In this document: piece after piece, positions 29,835 to 40,456 of the stretch
Position numbering within the stretch: position 1 is the first letter of the stretch
How the letters are laid out: each line of letters starts with the position of its first letter
Source: Candidatus Caldarchaeum sp.
Lineage (GTDB): Archaea > Thermoproteota > Nitrososphaeria_A > Caldarchaeales > Caldarchaeaceae
NCBI GenBank assembly: GCA_038831915.1
Contig: JAWBKB010000004.1
Location: 42,253 to 106,252 of the forward strand
Length of the DNA: 64,000 nt
Direction of reading: 5' to 3'
Program-made: the position numbers and the translations under genes
Notes under the pieces: model-generated
Told to the model about the DNA's origin: nothing
The model's input: the letters and a program-made list of their open reading frames with translations, nothing else
Databases searched by the model: none

Positions 29835-30728
29835 GTGGAATTCGTGGGCTCTGATTATAGAAAATTCGTCGACAACGAATACAAGGACTACATGGTTTAT
29901 ACCTTGCTTGCACGGATCGAAAAAAATGGTGACAGGAAGGAACTTTTGGAAAAGCTCGCTCAAATCGAGAAAACGCATTTCGATTTCTGGGGTAGCCGTT
30001 CACCAGACTATCGGCCGAGCGTTTCGAGAGTTTATTTGTTTCTGGTGGCGGTTCTTCGCATGCTTTTCGGAGTGGTCTTCGTCGTTAAGATGCTGGAAAA
30101 CCACGAACGCCAGACCCTTCAAAACTATGTCGCGATAGCTGAAAAACTCGAAGAAGATGAACCCGAGAGATTAAAAATTGAGAAAATTATCAAGGAGGAA
30201 TCGCAAATCGAGACTTCTCTTGTCTCTAGCATCGACGAAGCCATAGTTAAGTATGTAGGTTTCTTAATGCTTGGGTTGGCTGATGCGATAATAGAGGTGA
30301 CAGGTGTTCAGGCCGGTTTCCTTGGTGTAACTAATTCAGCTCCCGTCGCAGGTTTAGCCGGGTTGCTAGTTGGCGTCGCCGCATCTATCTCCATGGGTGC
30401 GGCAGCGTATTTGCAGGCGAGGCAAAGCTCTTCGGAAAACGCATCCATACCGGGCATTTTGACAGGGGCAGTCTACTTTGTAACAGTTTGTTTTATCGCT
30501 TCGCCGTTCTTCATCATTCCAAACCTAATCATAGCTTTCATCGCATCGATAACTGTGTCAGCTCTGCTCGTGGCATTTTTTTCCTTCTTCATTTCTGTGG
30601 TTCAGGAAAGAAGCTTTCGAAAAGAATTCCTAATTAACATTTTGATCTTAGCTTCGGTTATCCTCATCACTTATTCGGTCGGACGGGTCCTCGGCGAATA
30701 CTTTAGCATACCTCAGCTGATAACCTAG
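29835..30728 (+). CDS. Ferritin/rubrerythrin-like plus VIT1/CCC1 membrane protein
   Basis: EKTH-type ExxH motif at the N-terminus; LGLADA, AASISMG; TM C-terminus. Confidence 0.8.
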   Translation: MEFVGSDYRKFVDNEYKDYMVYTLLARIEKNGDRKELLEKLAQIEKTHFDFWGSRSPDYRPSVSRVYLFLVAVLRMLFGVVFVVKMLENHERQTLQNYVAIAEKLEEDEPERLKIEKIIKEESQIETSLVSSIDEAIVKYVGFLMLGLADAIIEVTGVQAGFLGVTNSAPVAGLAGLLVGVAASISMGAAAYLQARQSSSENASIPGILTGAVYFVTVCFIASPFFIIPNLIIAFIASITVSALLVAFFSFFISVVQERSFRKEFLINILILASVILITYSVGRVLGEYFSIPQLIT

Positions 30729-31888
30729 AACTCGTCTATTAGCTGGAAGATTTTGACAAGATGGTTGACAGTGGGAATTACGACATCGGCCTCGTTTTCA
30801 AGCATGTAGTCAAGCTTTCGAAAATCGTTGTCAGTAACTCCCGCAAACAAAAGCTCTTCCATTTGCTGTTTGGCTCTTACATACATGAGATGGTCTTCGG
30901 CTGAATTTCCCACGTAGAGCACCGGCCCCTGCTTTTCCAAATTTTTGACGGCTTCTATTAACGACCACGGATTAGGTTTTTCGTATATGTTTGCGTGGCC
31001 CGGGTCTCTGATAATGTGGTCTCCGATGAATATGCACGAAGGTTTATGGAAGTACCTTTCGAGACCGCCGAGAGTTTTCCAAGTTTCCCATGAGCCTCTG
31101 CCCGTGCAGATACCCAAAGCGAACCTTTTCTCGGCCAAGAAATTCATAGTGGCTTCAGAAACTAGGACTTTTTCGTTTTTTAGACGTCCTTCAAAGTCGA
31201 AGAAAGGACCGCTGTTCCTAACACGTGTTATTTCGGAAGAACCGTAGAACGATTCGTCAAACACTGTGACCAACAATCCCTTCCCGTATGGCTGCTCAGG
31301 CTGCAAGACCTTTTTCACGGCGGCGGTCAAAATCGGGTCTAGTGAAAGCTCTTCTTCAACTGAGCCAAGCGGCGCCGCAGTTCCCTCCAATTTAGAGATT
31401 TTGGCTTTCAACTCGTTCAACCATCTCTCCAAAACAGGCGCGGCAACGTATCCCTTTAGCTGCCGATATGCCAGAATCTCGTCGAACGATTTCCCGGCCA
31501 AAACTTCGAGCCTCTTCATCACTTCGGGGTCGAGCTCTGAATCAATTTTGGCGAGGGTCCATTCGACTAGGAGCTGAATGGTATGAGCGTCGTTGTTGAA
31601 GCTTCCGACTGCGCGGATGTCGTAAAGCGTCTTGGTAAGAGGTTCATTAGATTCAAGCCGGTAACCCGTTAGAATTTCTGTCAAAAGGGTCGTTGATTCC
31701 TTGATTACTTTGTCATATGATGTTTTTTCGTCGATTAAAACTCCGTCGCAGTCAAGGATGACAGCCACTACGTTGGAAAGTTTTTCGAAACACGAGTATT
31801 TGACGTAGCTGGTGCCGCCGCCCGCTCGGTATTCAAGGTAGAGTCTGGCTTTCTGTGACACAGAAAGGCTCATTTCTTTGATTAGCAA
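30725..31888 (-). CDS. HAD-superfamily hydrolase
   Basis: LDCDGVLID, CTGR, EKPNP, YVGNSAED. Confidence 0.8.
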   Translation of the reverse strand: MLIKEMSLSVSQKARLYLEYRAGGGTSYVKYSCFEKLSNVVAVILDCDGVLIDEKTSYDKVIKESTTLLTEILTGYRLESNEPLTKTLYDIRAVGSFNNDAHTIQLLVEWTLAKIDSELDPEVMKRLEVLAGKSFDEILAYRQLKGYVAAPVLERWLNELKAKISKLEGTAAPLGSVEEELSLDPILTAAVKKVLQPEQPYGKGLLVTVFDESFYGSSEITRVRNSGPFFDFEGRLKNEKVLVSEATMNFLAEKRFALGICTGRGSWETWKTLGGLERYFHKPSCIFIGDHIIRDPGHANIYEKPNPWSLIEAVKNLEKQGPVLYVGNSAEDHLMYVRAKQQMEELLFAGVTDNDFRKLDYMLENEADVVIPTVNHLVKIFQLIDEF

Positions 31889-31911
31889 CTGCTCTTAAAA
31901 GACTTTTTACC

Positions 31912-32298
31912 GTGGCCTGTCAGTTTGTGAACATGGCGAAACCTTCCAAAGTGTCATTGGAAAAAATGCCCTGGGAAAAAGTTCGGGATGATTTTCAACG
32001 GAGAATTGTCAGCGGTGAAAAGCTGATGGTTGCCCAGCTCTCGATTGCTAAAGGCGCTAAGGTTGCGTTTCACCGCCATTTCCACGAGCAATTCACAATC
32101 GTCTTGCAAGGCATGATTAAGTTTGTCTTCGAAGACGGAGTGGAATTTGTGGCGGGTAAAAACGAAGTTGTCGTGATTCCGTCTAACGCTGGGCACGAGG
32201 CCGAGGCGCTCGAAGATTGTGTGACCTTTGACATATTCGCTCCCCCGAGAGAGGACTGGCTCACGGGGAACGACGATTATTTGCGGCAGAAAAGTTAA
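31912..32298 (+). CDS. Cupin domain protein
   Basis: HRHFHEQ...IPSNAGH...DIFAPPRED. Confidence 0.85.
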   Translation: MACQFVNMAKPSKVSLEKMPWEKVRDDFQRRIVSGEKLMVAQLSIAKGAKVAFHRHFHEQFTIVLQGMIKFVFEDGVEFVAGKNEVVVIPSNAGHEAEALEDCVTFDIFAPPREDWLTGNDDYLRQKS

Positions 32299-32639
32299 CC
32301 GTCTCGGCGGAAAATCCATTCAGTCATAAAGCGGTCGTGCCAGTCGACAGACTCTTCGATCACGGTGTAGATGTCGGTCAAAAGAGCTATTTTCACAGCC
32401 ACTAAGTGGTAACACATCGGTTTCTCATGGCTCATTACTCTGAAGAAAAAGTCTTCACAGGAACAATAACCGCTTTCCGGCAACACGAGGTAGTCTCGTT
32501 TTTTGCCTACAACCACCCATCTGATTCTGTCACCTGGTTTGAACACGTATTTTTTCACTCTGCCCTGTTTGACGGCTTCATATCCTTCTGCGAATAAATC
32601 TGGAAATTCTTTTTCAATTTTGGGGAGTTCAGAATTCAT
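32295..32639 (-). CDS. SWIM zinc-finger protein
   Basis: YCSCEDF...CYH. Confidence 0.8.
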   Translation of the reverse strand: MNSELPKIEKEFPDLFAEGYEAVKQGRVKKYVFKPGDRIRWVVVGKKRDYLVLPESGYCSCEDFFFRVMSHEKPMCYHLVAVKIALLTDIYTVIEESVDWHDRFMTEWIFRRDG

Positions 32640-33493
32640 GGCAATGCATCTCTCAACTCTTTCAATGTGCCGAGATAAGTGCCGTCGATTCCAAATATTT
32701 CCGCCTCAGAAAGGTTAAACGCTTTGGTTCTCAGGAGCGGCCCTCGAACAATTGCTGATTCGCTGAGCTCCGTCACCGAGCGTCCTTGCAATATTTTGTT
32801 GAAACTTGGCATGATGAGCAAGGTAATTTCTCCTTCGAGATTTGCGGCCTCTCTTCCGTAAAGAGCTTCAGCGGCTTTGCGCCTATTTCCTTTGAGCTTC
32901 AACCAGACTCCTAACCTCGCCGCCGTAACTCCCGTGCCTATTTTCAACACCGGATGAAGATGACCCATAACCACGACATCCATCGACAAAATGCTTTTAT
33001 CGGGTTTCACATGTCCATGCGTGAACGCAATCCTTTCCTCTTCAACTATGAATCCTTTCGCAGGTTTTACTTCCGCTATTCCTTGAAGCACCTTGCCTAT
33101 CTTCCCATCATGATTTCCGGGCACGACGACTATTTCGTCGACAACTGTTTTTAGAGGTTTTAGGAGTTTTGGTATGATTTCGAATTCGAGGAGAGAGGGC
33201 CCGGGCACGGCGTGTTTCAAATCTCCTACTACCACGAGTTTTTTCGCCTGCGTCCTCGAAATCAAGTCCAAAAGTTCATCGATGATTTTGGGGCTTTGAA
33301 GCGGTACTTTAATGCCTTTTGACCTAAGCTCTTCTTCGAAACCGAGGTGAAGGTCTGCGACCGCCACTGTCTTGATAGGTTTTTCGAGCAACAGAGCTCC
33401 GTAGCCTTCGACGAACTTCAAACCATTCTCATTTTTTCGTAAGCTCAGCGAGTTTTTCCGGCAAGTAGTCAGACACGATGTATTCGAGACCAT
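32636..33493 (-). CDS. Calcineurin-like metallophosphoesterase
   Basis: ADLHLG, GDLKH, GNHD, HGH, GHLHP; start uncertain. Confidence 0.85.
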   Translation of the reverse strand: MVSNTSCLTTCRKNSLSLRKNENGLKFVEGYGALLLEKPIKTVAVADLHLGFEEELRSKGIKVPLQSPKIIDELLDLISRTQAKKLVVVGDLKHAVPGPSLLEFEIIPKLLKPLKTVVDEIVVVPGNHDGKIGKVLQGIAEVKPAKGFIVEEERIAFTHGHVKPDKSILSMDVVVMGHLHPVLKIGTGVTAARLGVWLKLKGNRRKAAEALYGREAANLEGEITLLIMPSFNKILQGRSVTELSESAIVRGPLLRTKAFNLSEAEIFGIDGTYLGTLKELRDALP

Positions 33494-34526
33494 ATCGGCT
33501 GAGCGCTTCGAGCTCTGCTTTTTTCTGGAGCTTCCGGAAATTGGCGATTTCGCGTTTCCAGGGGTCTGAAACGTAGCGTGGGTCTCTTTCCAGCTCGGCT
33601 ATGCGGCGGATGTCTTCTTCGTTGAATTTCATCGCAGGCAGTTTGTAACGTGTGATGTCGCTGGCCCACATCCCCGCCCAGACAGCGTCTGGCACGTTGA
33701 GCTCTCGAACATGCGCGGACAAGGCGGAGCCGAAAACAATCACGCTGGCGATGTGCATCCCCCATGGGTCTGCGTCTGTGAAAACATACACCGGCAGGTC
33801 GAGCTCAATATTCAGTCTCCGGATAAATTTCCGCGTGGCCCTCGGCGCCTGCCCAGCTGTGTGAACCACGATGGCTTTGTATTTCGAAGGCACGTCTTCT
33901 TCGAGAAACCTTTGGTAAACAGCTCCTTTCTCAACCACAAACACCTGTTTCGCAGAAGTTTTCACGAATTTAGCGGTTGTCATCGCGGGCCCTATCATCG
34001 CACCGTCGGGTATAGTCGTAAGGTCCAGTCTTCTACCTTGATATCCCGGCACGTCGTATTCGATGACGAGAGGCCCGAAAACACTCGACCTTTCCTCCGG
34101 ATAGATGTTAAAATCTTCCCTAACAATCTGTAGGATTGTTTCGAGTTCCGTAACAGCTTCGTCGCTTTCCTGCTGGTCTTCAAAGTCGACTTCATAGCCT
34201 AATGCATTGTAGAAAGCATCTCTCAGAGTACTTGTTTTCCTCGTTTGAATAAGCTGGGAAGCAAACATCGCCATCCAGCAAAGCTGAGCTAGAGGCCTTA
34301 GATGTTTGATGTTTCGGGCTGTTCGGATGATTTTCTTATCGCCGAGAACATACTGCCTCAATTCCGGGTTGTATTCGATGTTCGATGTTGTACGCGCTGG
34401 AATGCTGACTTCTGGGAAGGTTTTTTTCTCTAAAGCTTCAACGACTGATTGGGCAAATCGTCTAATCCTTTCTAGGATTTCAGACTTGTACTCTTTCTGT
34501 GAAGTAGGTTGTCTGGTTTTTTTCAC
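33429..34526 (-). CDS. top6A: DNA topoisomerase VI subunit A (Spo11 homologue)
   Basis: STLRDAFY catalytic Tyr, VVEK, GQAPRATR, TDADPWG, KAELEAL. Confidence 0.93.
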   Translation of the reverse strand: MKKTRQPTSQKEYKSEILERIRRFAQSVVEALEKKTFPEVSIPARTTSNIEYNPELRQYVLGDKKIIRTARNIKHLRPLAQLCWMAMFASQLIQTRKTSTLRDAFYNALGYEVDFEDQQESDEAVTELETILQIVREDFNIYPEERSSVFGPLVIEYDVPGYQGRRLDLTTIPDGAMIGPAMTTAKFVKTSAKQVFVVEKGAVYQRFLEEDVPSKYKAIVVHTAGQAPRATRKFIRRLNIELDLPVYVFTDADPWGMHIASVIVFGSALSAHVRELNVPDAVWAGMWASDITRYKLPAMKFNEEDIRRIAELERDPRYVSDPWKREIANFRKLQKKAELEALSRYGLEYIVSDYLPEKLAELTKK

Positions 34527-34559
34527 TATGTTTTGTATGTTGTTTGGGTGTTCTTAAGT

Positions 34560-36020
34560 CTAAGCCGTGAAGTTGAACGAAATGTTGATTGCTGCTTCGA
34601 GGAACGGTGAGGGGTAAATTCCCATGACTATGGCGGCTGCCGCGAGCACGATGAGAGGCAGTCTCATGGAGTTTGTAACTGGTTTGACTACGTTGAGTTC
34701 TTTGGAGGGTTCCTTGAGGAAGATGGTTTGAACCAGCCTTAAGTAATAGGCCACGCTTAGCAATATGTTGACGACCATGATGGCGCCGAGAACCGGGTAT
34801 ATTCCTCCAGCCGCCAGAGCCGCTGTGACAATTGTGAATTCGCTCCAGAAAACGTTGAGTCCGGGTATCCCTGCGAGTGAGAAGGCTCCTATGCTGAAAC
34901 ACGTTGCGGCGAGTGGTAATTTCTTACCTATTCCAGAAAGGGCATTGATGTTGCGGGTTTCAGTTGCATGGATAAACGCTCCTGCACCGAGGAAGAGTAG
35001 GGCCTTCATCAGGGCATGGTTGAGAACATGGAACAACCCGCCTGCAACTCCCGTGACAGTTGCGATGCTGAGCCCGAAAACGATGTAACCGATGTGCGCT
35101 ATGGAGCTGAAAGCCAAGAGCCGTTTGATGTCTTCTTGCAGCAGGGCGAGGATATTTCCTATGCTCATGGTAAGGATTGCGAAGAAAGCGAGACCGAGCT
35201 GCCAGTCGAATAGCGCCGGCGGGAAAATTCCCAAGAGGATTCGAATCAAGGCATAGACCCCGGTTTTGATGACTACCCCTGAAAGCAGGGCGCTGATGGG
35301 GCTAGGAGCGGCTGGATGTGCATCTGGAAGCCATGAATGGAAAGGAGCCATGGCGGCGTTGACGCCAAACCCGGTCACCAGAAAAGCGATAGCTAGATAA
35401 GCCCAAGGCTCGCCAGCCACAGCAGCAGTTCCGATCACAGGTCCGAGCTTTGAGAGCTCAAGCGTTCCAGCCAAACCGTAAACAAGAGACATGCCGAATA
35501 GAATCGCTGCGGCCCCAGCTGCGCTCATAATCAAATATTTAAGCGAAGCTTCGACGGCTTCCCATGATTTATAACGGAAAGCAACTAAAAGGTAGGACGA
35601 TACTGACATCAATTCCCAGAAGACGAAGAAGGTGAACAGGTCGCCGGAAAAAACGACGCCGACCATGCCAGTTATCAGCGCGAACACAAGCGGATAGAAT
35701 TCAGGTTTTCTCTCTTCCAAATAACCGATTGAAAAAATAGCAGATAACAACCCAACGAAAACGAAAACAACAGTGAGAAATATAGCGAGTTTATCGACCA
35801 GTATCTGCGAGCCATAGGGCCCATATGAAATGACGTATGTTGCCCCTGAAAAAACCGTTAAAGCTTGCTGAATGGTCACGACTGAGGCTACGGCGAAAGC
35901 GGCGACAGCGAAGCCGTCTATGATTCCCGGTCGGCGGGTTTTTCTGCTGATGAGTGAGAAAAGCGGTGAAACGATTGTTAAAATTATGAGTGTATTTAGC
36001 GTCGGCGTAAAGTCAATCAT
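34560..36020 (-). CDS. Proton-translocating antiporter-like subunit (NuoN/MrpD family)
   Basis: FFVFWELMS, EASLKYLI, PFHSWLPDAH, DIKRLLAFSSIAH. Confidence 0.85.
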   Translation of the reverse strand: MIDFTPTLNTLIILTIVSPLFSLISRKTRRPGIIDGFAVAAFAVASVVTIQQALTVFSGATYVISYGPYGSQILVDKLAIFLTVVFVFVGLLSAIFSIGYLEERKPEFYPLVFALITGMVGVVFSGDLFTFFVFWELMSVSSYLLVAFRYKSWEAVEASLKYLIMSAAGAAAILFGMSLVYGLAGTLELSKLGPVIGTAAVAGEPWAYLAIAFLVTGFGVNAAMAPFHSWLPDAHPAAPSPISALLSGVVIKTGVYALIRILLGIFPPALFDWQLGLAFFAILTMSIGNILALLQEDIKRLLAFSSIAHIGYIVFGLSIATVTGVAGGLFHVLNHALMKALLFLGAGAFIHATETRNINALSGIGKKLPLAATCFSIGAFSLAGIPGLNVFWSEFTIVTAALAAGGIYPVLGAIMVVNILLSVAYYLRLVQTIFLKEPSKELNVVKPVTNSMRLPLIVLAAAAIVMGIYPSPFLEAAINISFNFTA

Positions 36021-36062
36021 TTAGCCTCGAAAAGTTGGTTTAAATGCAGTTTTTATAGATAA

Positions 36063-39000
36063 TTAGGAGCAGCCGGTGGTCGAGCCGCAGTTGACACAGA
36101 CGTAGCAGGTTCCGCTTCTAGCCATGATGCTTCCGCATTCGGGGCATGGCGGGGCGTCGGGGGCAGGTGCTGCAGAAATGTGGTGATAGCGGACATCTTC
36201 CAGGCTTTTCGGCTTTGAGTCTGGGTTCGATGACAATCCAAGTTCCGCCAAATCTTTTTCGGGGAGGAATTTGATTGCGAGCCATTTGAAAACGTAGTCA
36301 ACTACCGATGTCGCGAACCTTATCTGCGGGTTGTCGGTGAACCCGGACGGCTCGAATCTTGTATGGATGAATTTGTCAACCAAAACCTTTAGCGGCACAC
36401 CGTACTGCAACGCGATTGAGGTCACGATCGAGAAGGAATCCATCAATCCAGCGAGTGTACTTCCCTCTTTCGCCATCTTGATAAAGATTTCACCCGGCGA
36501 ACCGTCTTCGTAAAGTCCGACGGTTATGTAGCCCTCTTGTTCACCGACCCTGAATTTGTGTGTTATGGCTGTCCTTTCCGTTGGAAGTTTTCTCCGAACC
36601 GGTTTCGCAGTCTGTTCCTCCTTCTTTTTACCCGCGGTTGACAGCGGCTGTGAATGTTTGCTACCATCCCGGTAAATCGCAATACATTTGAGTCCAAGTT
36701 TCCAAGCATCCATGTAAACTGAAGCCACATCGTCTACTGTCGCTTCGTTAGGCATGTTCACCGTTTTGCTTATAGCCCCGCTGAGAAACGGCTGAACAGC
36801 GGCCATCATCAATAAGTGAGCTTTGTAGTGGACAAATCGCTTACCTTTTTTTCCAGACGGGACCGCACAGTCGAAAACTGCGATGTGTTCAGGCTTTAGA
36901 TGAGGAGCACCTTCGACTGTGAACGAGCCGCAGATTATCTCTTCGGAAATCTCTATTTCTGTATCGCTGAACCCTAGGTGTTTGAGCAATGAAAACCAAG
37001 GGTCTTTGTAAACGTTTTCGGGAATGTTTAACCTTTTCATAGTCTCAGGTCCGAGCACGTATGGGTTAATAACGTCGCTCAGTTTCGAGGCTGATATCAG
37101 CAGTTGCTCGATTTTGTTGAGCTCATCTTCCTTCAACCCCCGCGCCTTAAGTGAATAATAGTTGACGGGCTGGGTTCCGTAAAGGGTGTTGGTTCCGATA
37201 ACATACTGTACTATGTCGCGTATCTCCTTCTCGCTGTAACCGAGTTTTCGCAAAGCAGGTTCGAGAGAACGGTTGACCAGTTTGAAATAGCCACCACCGA
37301 CTAATTTCTTCATTTTAACTAATGAGAAGTCGGGCTCGATTCCAAGGGTGTCGCAGTCCATCAAAAGTCCTATCGTTCCGGTAGGGGCTATCAAAGTGGC
37401 TTGCGCGTTGCGGACGCCGTACTTTTCGCAAAATGAAACAGCTCTATCCCATGAGCTTCTCGCCGCGTCAAGCAAATATTTCGGAGCAAGCTCCAGCGGA
37501 GGAAGATAGGGCTTGATTTCAAGGCCTTCATATTCTTCTGGCTTAGCCCCATAGATAGCTTTGCGATGATTGTTCAACACACGTAAGACATGGCGTTTGT
37601 TTTTCTCGTATTCAGCAAAAGGGCCTGCGAAACTCGCGATTTCGGCGGATGTGGCGTAGACTTCTCCAGTCATTAAAGCCGTTATGGCCGCGGCGACCGC
37701 CCGACCAACGTCACTATCGTAGGGATAGCCCATTCTCATCAAAAGCCCTCCGAGATTCGCGTAACCGAGGCCAAGGCTCCGCGTGCGGTAACTCATTTCA
37801 GCGATTTCGGGGCTTGGATATTGAGCCATTCCAACCGTAATTTCGAGGACGATTGTCCAGAGCCTGACAGCATGTCTGAAGGCTTCGACATCGAAGACCC
37901 CTTTCTCTTCGTCGTAGAATTTGACAAGGTTTAGGGAAGCGAGGTTGCAGGCGGTGTTGTCCAAGAAATTAAATTCTGAACATGGGTTTGTCGCGTTGAT
38001 TCGGCCAGTTTCCGGACATGTGTTCCATTCGTTGATAGTTGTGTCGAACTGAAGACCTGGGTCTGCACACGCCCATGCAGCTTTGGCAATCTTCTCCCAA
38101 AGATAACGGGCTTTCACTCTCTTCGCGACCCTTCCATCAGTACGCCAAGTCAAGGCCCAATCTCTGTCTTCGAGAACTGCCTTCATGAATTCATTAGTGA
38201 CACGGACAGAGTTGTTAGAGTTTTGGCCGGAAACCGTTTGATAAGCCTCTCCTTCAAAATCAGCAGGATATCCAGCAGACACCAATGCAGCGACCTTCTG
38301 CTCCTCCTTCACCTTCCAATCGATGAAATCCTCGATTTCCGGATGGTCGATGTTTAGAACAACCATTTTCGCAGCTCTTCTGGTGGTTCCACCTGATTTT
38401 ATCGACCCCGCCACTGTGTCGCCTACTTTTAGAAAAGACATTACGCCGCTTGAAACGCCTCCGCCTGATAGAGGCTCTCCTTTGGCTCTCAGAGTCGAAT
38501 AGTTGCAGCCTTCTCCACTGCCGTATTTGTATATTCTCGCCTGTTTGACCCACGTGTCCATAATTCCGCCTGGGTTGACCAAATCATCTTTAATCGAAAG
38601 AATGAAGCACGCATGTGCCTGCGGCCGTGTGTAGGCGTCCTTTGAGGGGACCACTGCTTTAAGCTCTTCGTCGTAGTAGTAGTGGCCTTGAGCCGGCCCA
38701 GTTATTCCGTATGCCCAGTTGAGGCCTGTGTTAAACCACTGCGGAGAATTGGGCGCGGCTATTTGCGCGATCAACATGTATTCGATTTCGTCTTGAAACG
38801 CCTGAGCGTCTTCGGCTGAGGCGAAGTAGCCGAATTTTTCACCCCAGTATCTCCAGCAACCCGCCAGACGCCTCACCACCTGTTTCAGAGACCTTTCAGA
38901 ACCTTTGACCTGTTTTCCTTCGTGGTCAACAACTGGATTGCCGTTTTCGTCGTAAAGTGGAACACCGGTTTTGCGGAAATACTTCTGCGCGAGAATATCC

Positions 39001-39185
39001 GTCGCGACCTGGGACCAGAAGCTGGGAACTTCAACGTCCTTCATCTCGAAAATGATGTTACCGCTTAGGTCTTTGATCTGAGACGTTCTTCGTTCCCATT
39101 TGAAGTAAGAAAACACATCTCTTCCATCTGTGTAAAATCGCTTTATCCGCAAACCGGCTGCCTTAGCTTGTTCCACTACAGTCAT
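36063..39185 (-). CDS. nrdJ: Class II (B12-dependent) ribonucleotide reductase
   Basis: APNSPQWFN, HACFI, TNPCSE, IAPTGTI, ISKTVN, YRDGSK; C-terminal TSCPD-type domain and Zn ribbon. Confidence 0.95.
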   Translation of the reverse strand: MTVVEQAKAAGLRIKRFYTDGRDVFSYFKWERRTSQIKDLSGNIIFEMKDVEVPSFWSQVATDILAQKYFRKTGVPLYDENGNPVVDHEGKQVKGSERSLKQVVRRLAGCWRYWGEKFGYFASAEDAQAFQDEIEYMLIAQIAAPNSPQWFNTGLNWAYGITGPAQGHYYYDEELKAVVPSKDAYTRPQAHACFILSIKDDLVNPGGIMDTWVKQARIYKYGSGEGCNYSTLRAKGEPLSGGGVSSGVMSFLKVGDTVAGSIKSGGTTRRAAKMVVLNIDHPEIEDFIDWKVKEEQKVAALVSAGYPADFEGEAYQTVSGQNSNNSVRVTNEFMKAVLEDRDWALTWRTDGRVAKRVKARYLWEKIAKAAWACADPGLQFDTTINEWNTCPETGRINATNPCSEFNFLDNTACNLASLNLVKFYDEEKGVFDVEAFRHAVRLWTIVLEITVGMAQYPSPEIAEMSYRTRSLGLGYANLGGLLMRMGYPYDSDVGRAVAAAITALMTGEVYATSAEIASFAGPFAEYEKNKRHVLRVLNNHRKAIYGAKPEEYEGLEIKPYLPPLELAPKYLLDAARSSWDRAVSFCEKYGVRNAQATLIAPTGTIGLLMDCDTLGIEPDFSLVKMKKLVGGGYFKLVNRSLEPALRKLGYSEKEIRDIVQYVIGTNTLYGTQPVNYYSLKARGLKEDELNKIEQLLISASKLSDVINPYVLGPETMKRLNIPENVYKDPWFSLLKHLGFSDTEIEISEEIICGSFTVEGAPHLKPEHIAVFDCAVPSGKKGKRFVHYKAHLLMMAAVQPFLSGAISKTVNMPNEATVDDVASVYMDAWKLGLKCIAIYRDGSKHSQPLSTAGKKKEEQTAKPVRRKLPTERTAITHKFRVGEQEGYITVGLYEDGSPGEIFIKMAKEGSTLAGLMDSFSIVTSIALQYGVPLKVLVDKFIHTRFEPSGFTDNPQIRFATSVVDYVFKWLAIKFLPEKDLAELGLSSNPDSKPKSLEDVRYHHISAAPAPDAPPCPECGSIMARSGTCYVCVNCGSTTGCS

Positions 39186-39285
39186 GCCGGCTACACTGTG
39201 AACCCTGGAATATAATATTGTCTTTCCTCCCTTTTTTCGACAGTTGTTTAATTGGAGAAGCTAACAATTCGAAAGGATTATTTGC

Positions 39286-40377
39286 TCATCTTGTGATTTC
39301 TTGTTGTTTGACGAATTCGTACAGCTCTTTGGCCCTTGGCGATGCTTCGAACCATTCTCTCACCGGCCACAGCAGTTTGTTCAAATATTCAGCTACTGCG
39401 TTTTTCAAATCGAGAGGATGAATCCGGCCGTCGACATAGTCTTTCTCTAAAGAAGAGTAGTCGTGATAGACAATTTCTCCACCGAACTTCGGAGGTCTTT
39501 CAACCCGAATCGACTCCGATAGAGGAAAGATGATGTATCGGCAGTATTCGAGAACAGGGTTGCCTGCTGCTTGTTTCGGAGGGCAATACGCGTTATGTAT
39601 TTTCCTCTTGATAGTTTTAAAGTCGTCGTGGACATAGATGCTTGACTCGGGAATGCTTTTGCTCATCTTTGAGCTGATCTGCACATCGAGCGATTCTTCC
39701 TCTTCAAAGCCTGTCGGCCCGGTTGGACCTGACAACCCCATCAACATGTGATGATGCACTGCCACAGGTTTCCAAAAACCCAGCTTGGGCCCTAACTCTC
39801 TCGCTAGAATGTTGGCCCGACGCTGGTCAAGTCCGAGCTGGCATATCTTAGCTTCGAGCTTGAAAATGTCAGCGACCTGCATCCCCGGGTACAACAGTTG
39901 AGCGGCCTCCTGTAATTCTCCTTCCTTCCTCCCCATGATCGGCAAGCACCTCATAACTCGTCGAAGAGTGGAGTTTCGCAAAACTTCGATGACAAGGCGC
40001 CAGTAATCTTTGTCATCAGCCAAATCACTCGCCCAAACAATTTCGACTTTGCTAATGTCGATTCCCGAAGCTTTCCAAACTTCGATGAAATATTCGCCGA
40101 CTCGGCGGATTTTTTCCAAGTCTCCGCCCATTTTCCTGTTGATTGCTGCGTGCCAGTCAGCAAGCAGAAGCTTGAACCTACATCCGGCGGCAAGCATGTC
40201 GCGGAGCTTGATGGCTCGCAGGAGGGCGAAAGGAATGTGGGCTAGACCGCTGGGTTCGAAGCCGTCATATGCGACTGGATGACTCTCGGTTTCGAGGATG
40301 ATTCTCAGTTCTTCGGGTGTCAAAACCTCTTCTGTGGGCTGCCGCATAATCAATTCCATCCGTGTTTCCACGTCCAT
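39286..40377 (-). CDS. tyrS: Tyrosyl-tRNA synthetase (archaeal type)
   Basis: [40 protein letters not shown]. Confidence 0.95.
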   Translation of the reverse strand: MDVETRMELIMRQPTEEVLTPEELRIILETESHPVAYDGFEPSGLAHIPFALLRAIKLRDMLAAGCRFKLLLADWHAAINRKMGGDLEKIRRVGEYFIEVWKASGIDISKVEIVWASDLADDKDYWRLVIEVLRNSTLRRVMRCLPIMGRKEGELQEAAQLLYPGMQVADIFKLEAKICQLGLDQRRANILARELGPKLGFWKPVAVHHHMLMGLSGPTGPTGFEEEESLDVQISSKMSKSIPESSIYVHDDFKTIKRKIHNAYCPPKQAAGNPVLEYCRYIIFPLSESIRVERPPKFGGEIVYHDYSSLEKDYVDGRIHPLDLKNAVAEYLNKLLWPVREWFEASPRAKELYEFVKQQEITR

Positions 40378-40456
40378 CTACGCCTCAGCCGCTAAACGCC
40401 TCCCTTTGCCTAGTTATATGAATATGCTCTTTAACCGCCAAATCCCTCAAAAAACA

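Noticed and set aside
36063-39185. Intein in the long NrdJ
   Set aside because: No His-Asn/Cys splice junction or LAGLIDADG block seen; the length is explained by an internal insertion and the C-terminal TSCPD/Zn-ribbon region.
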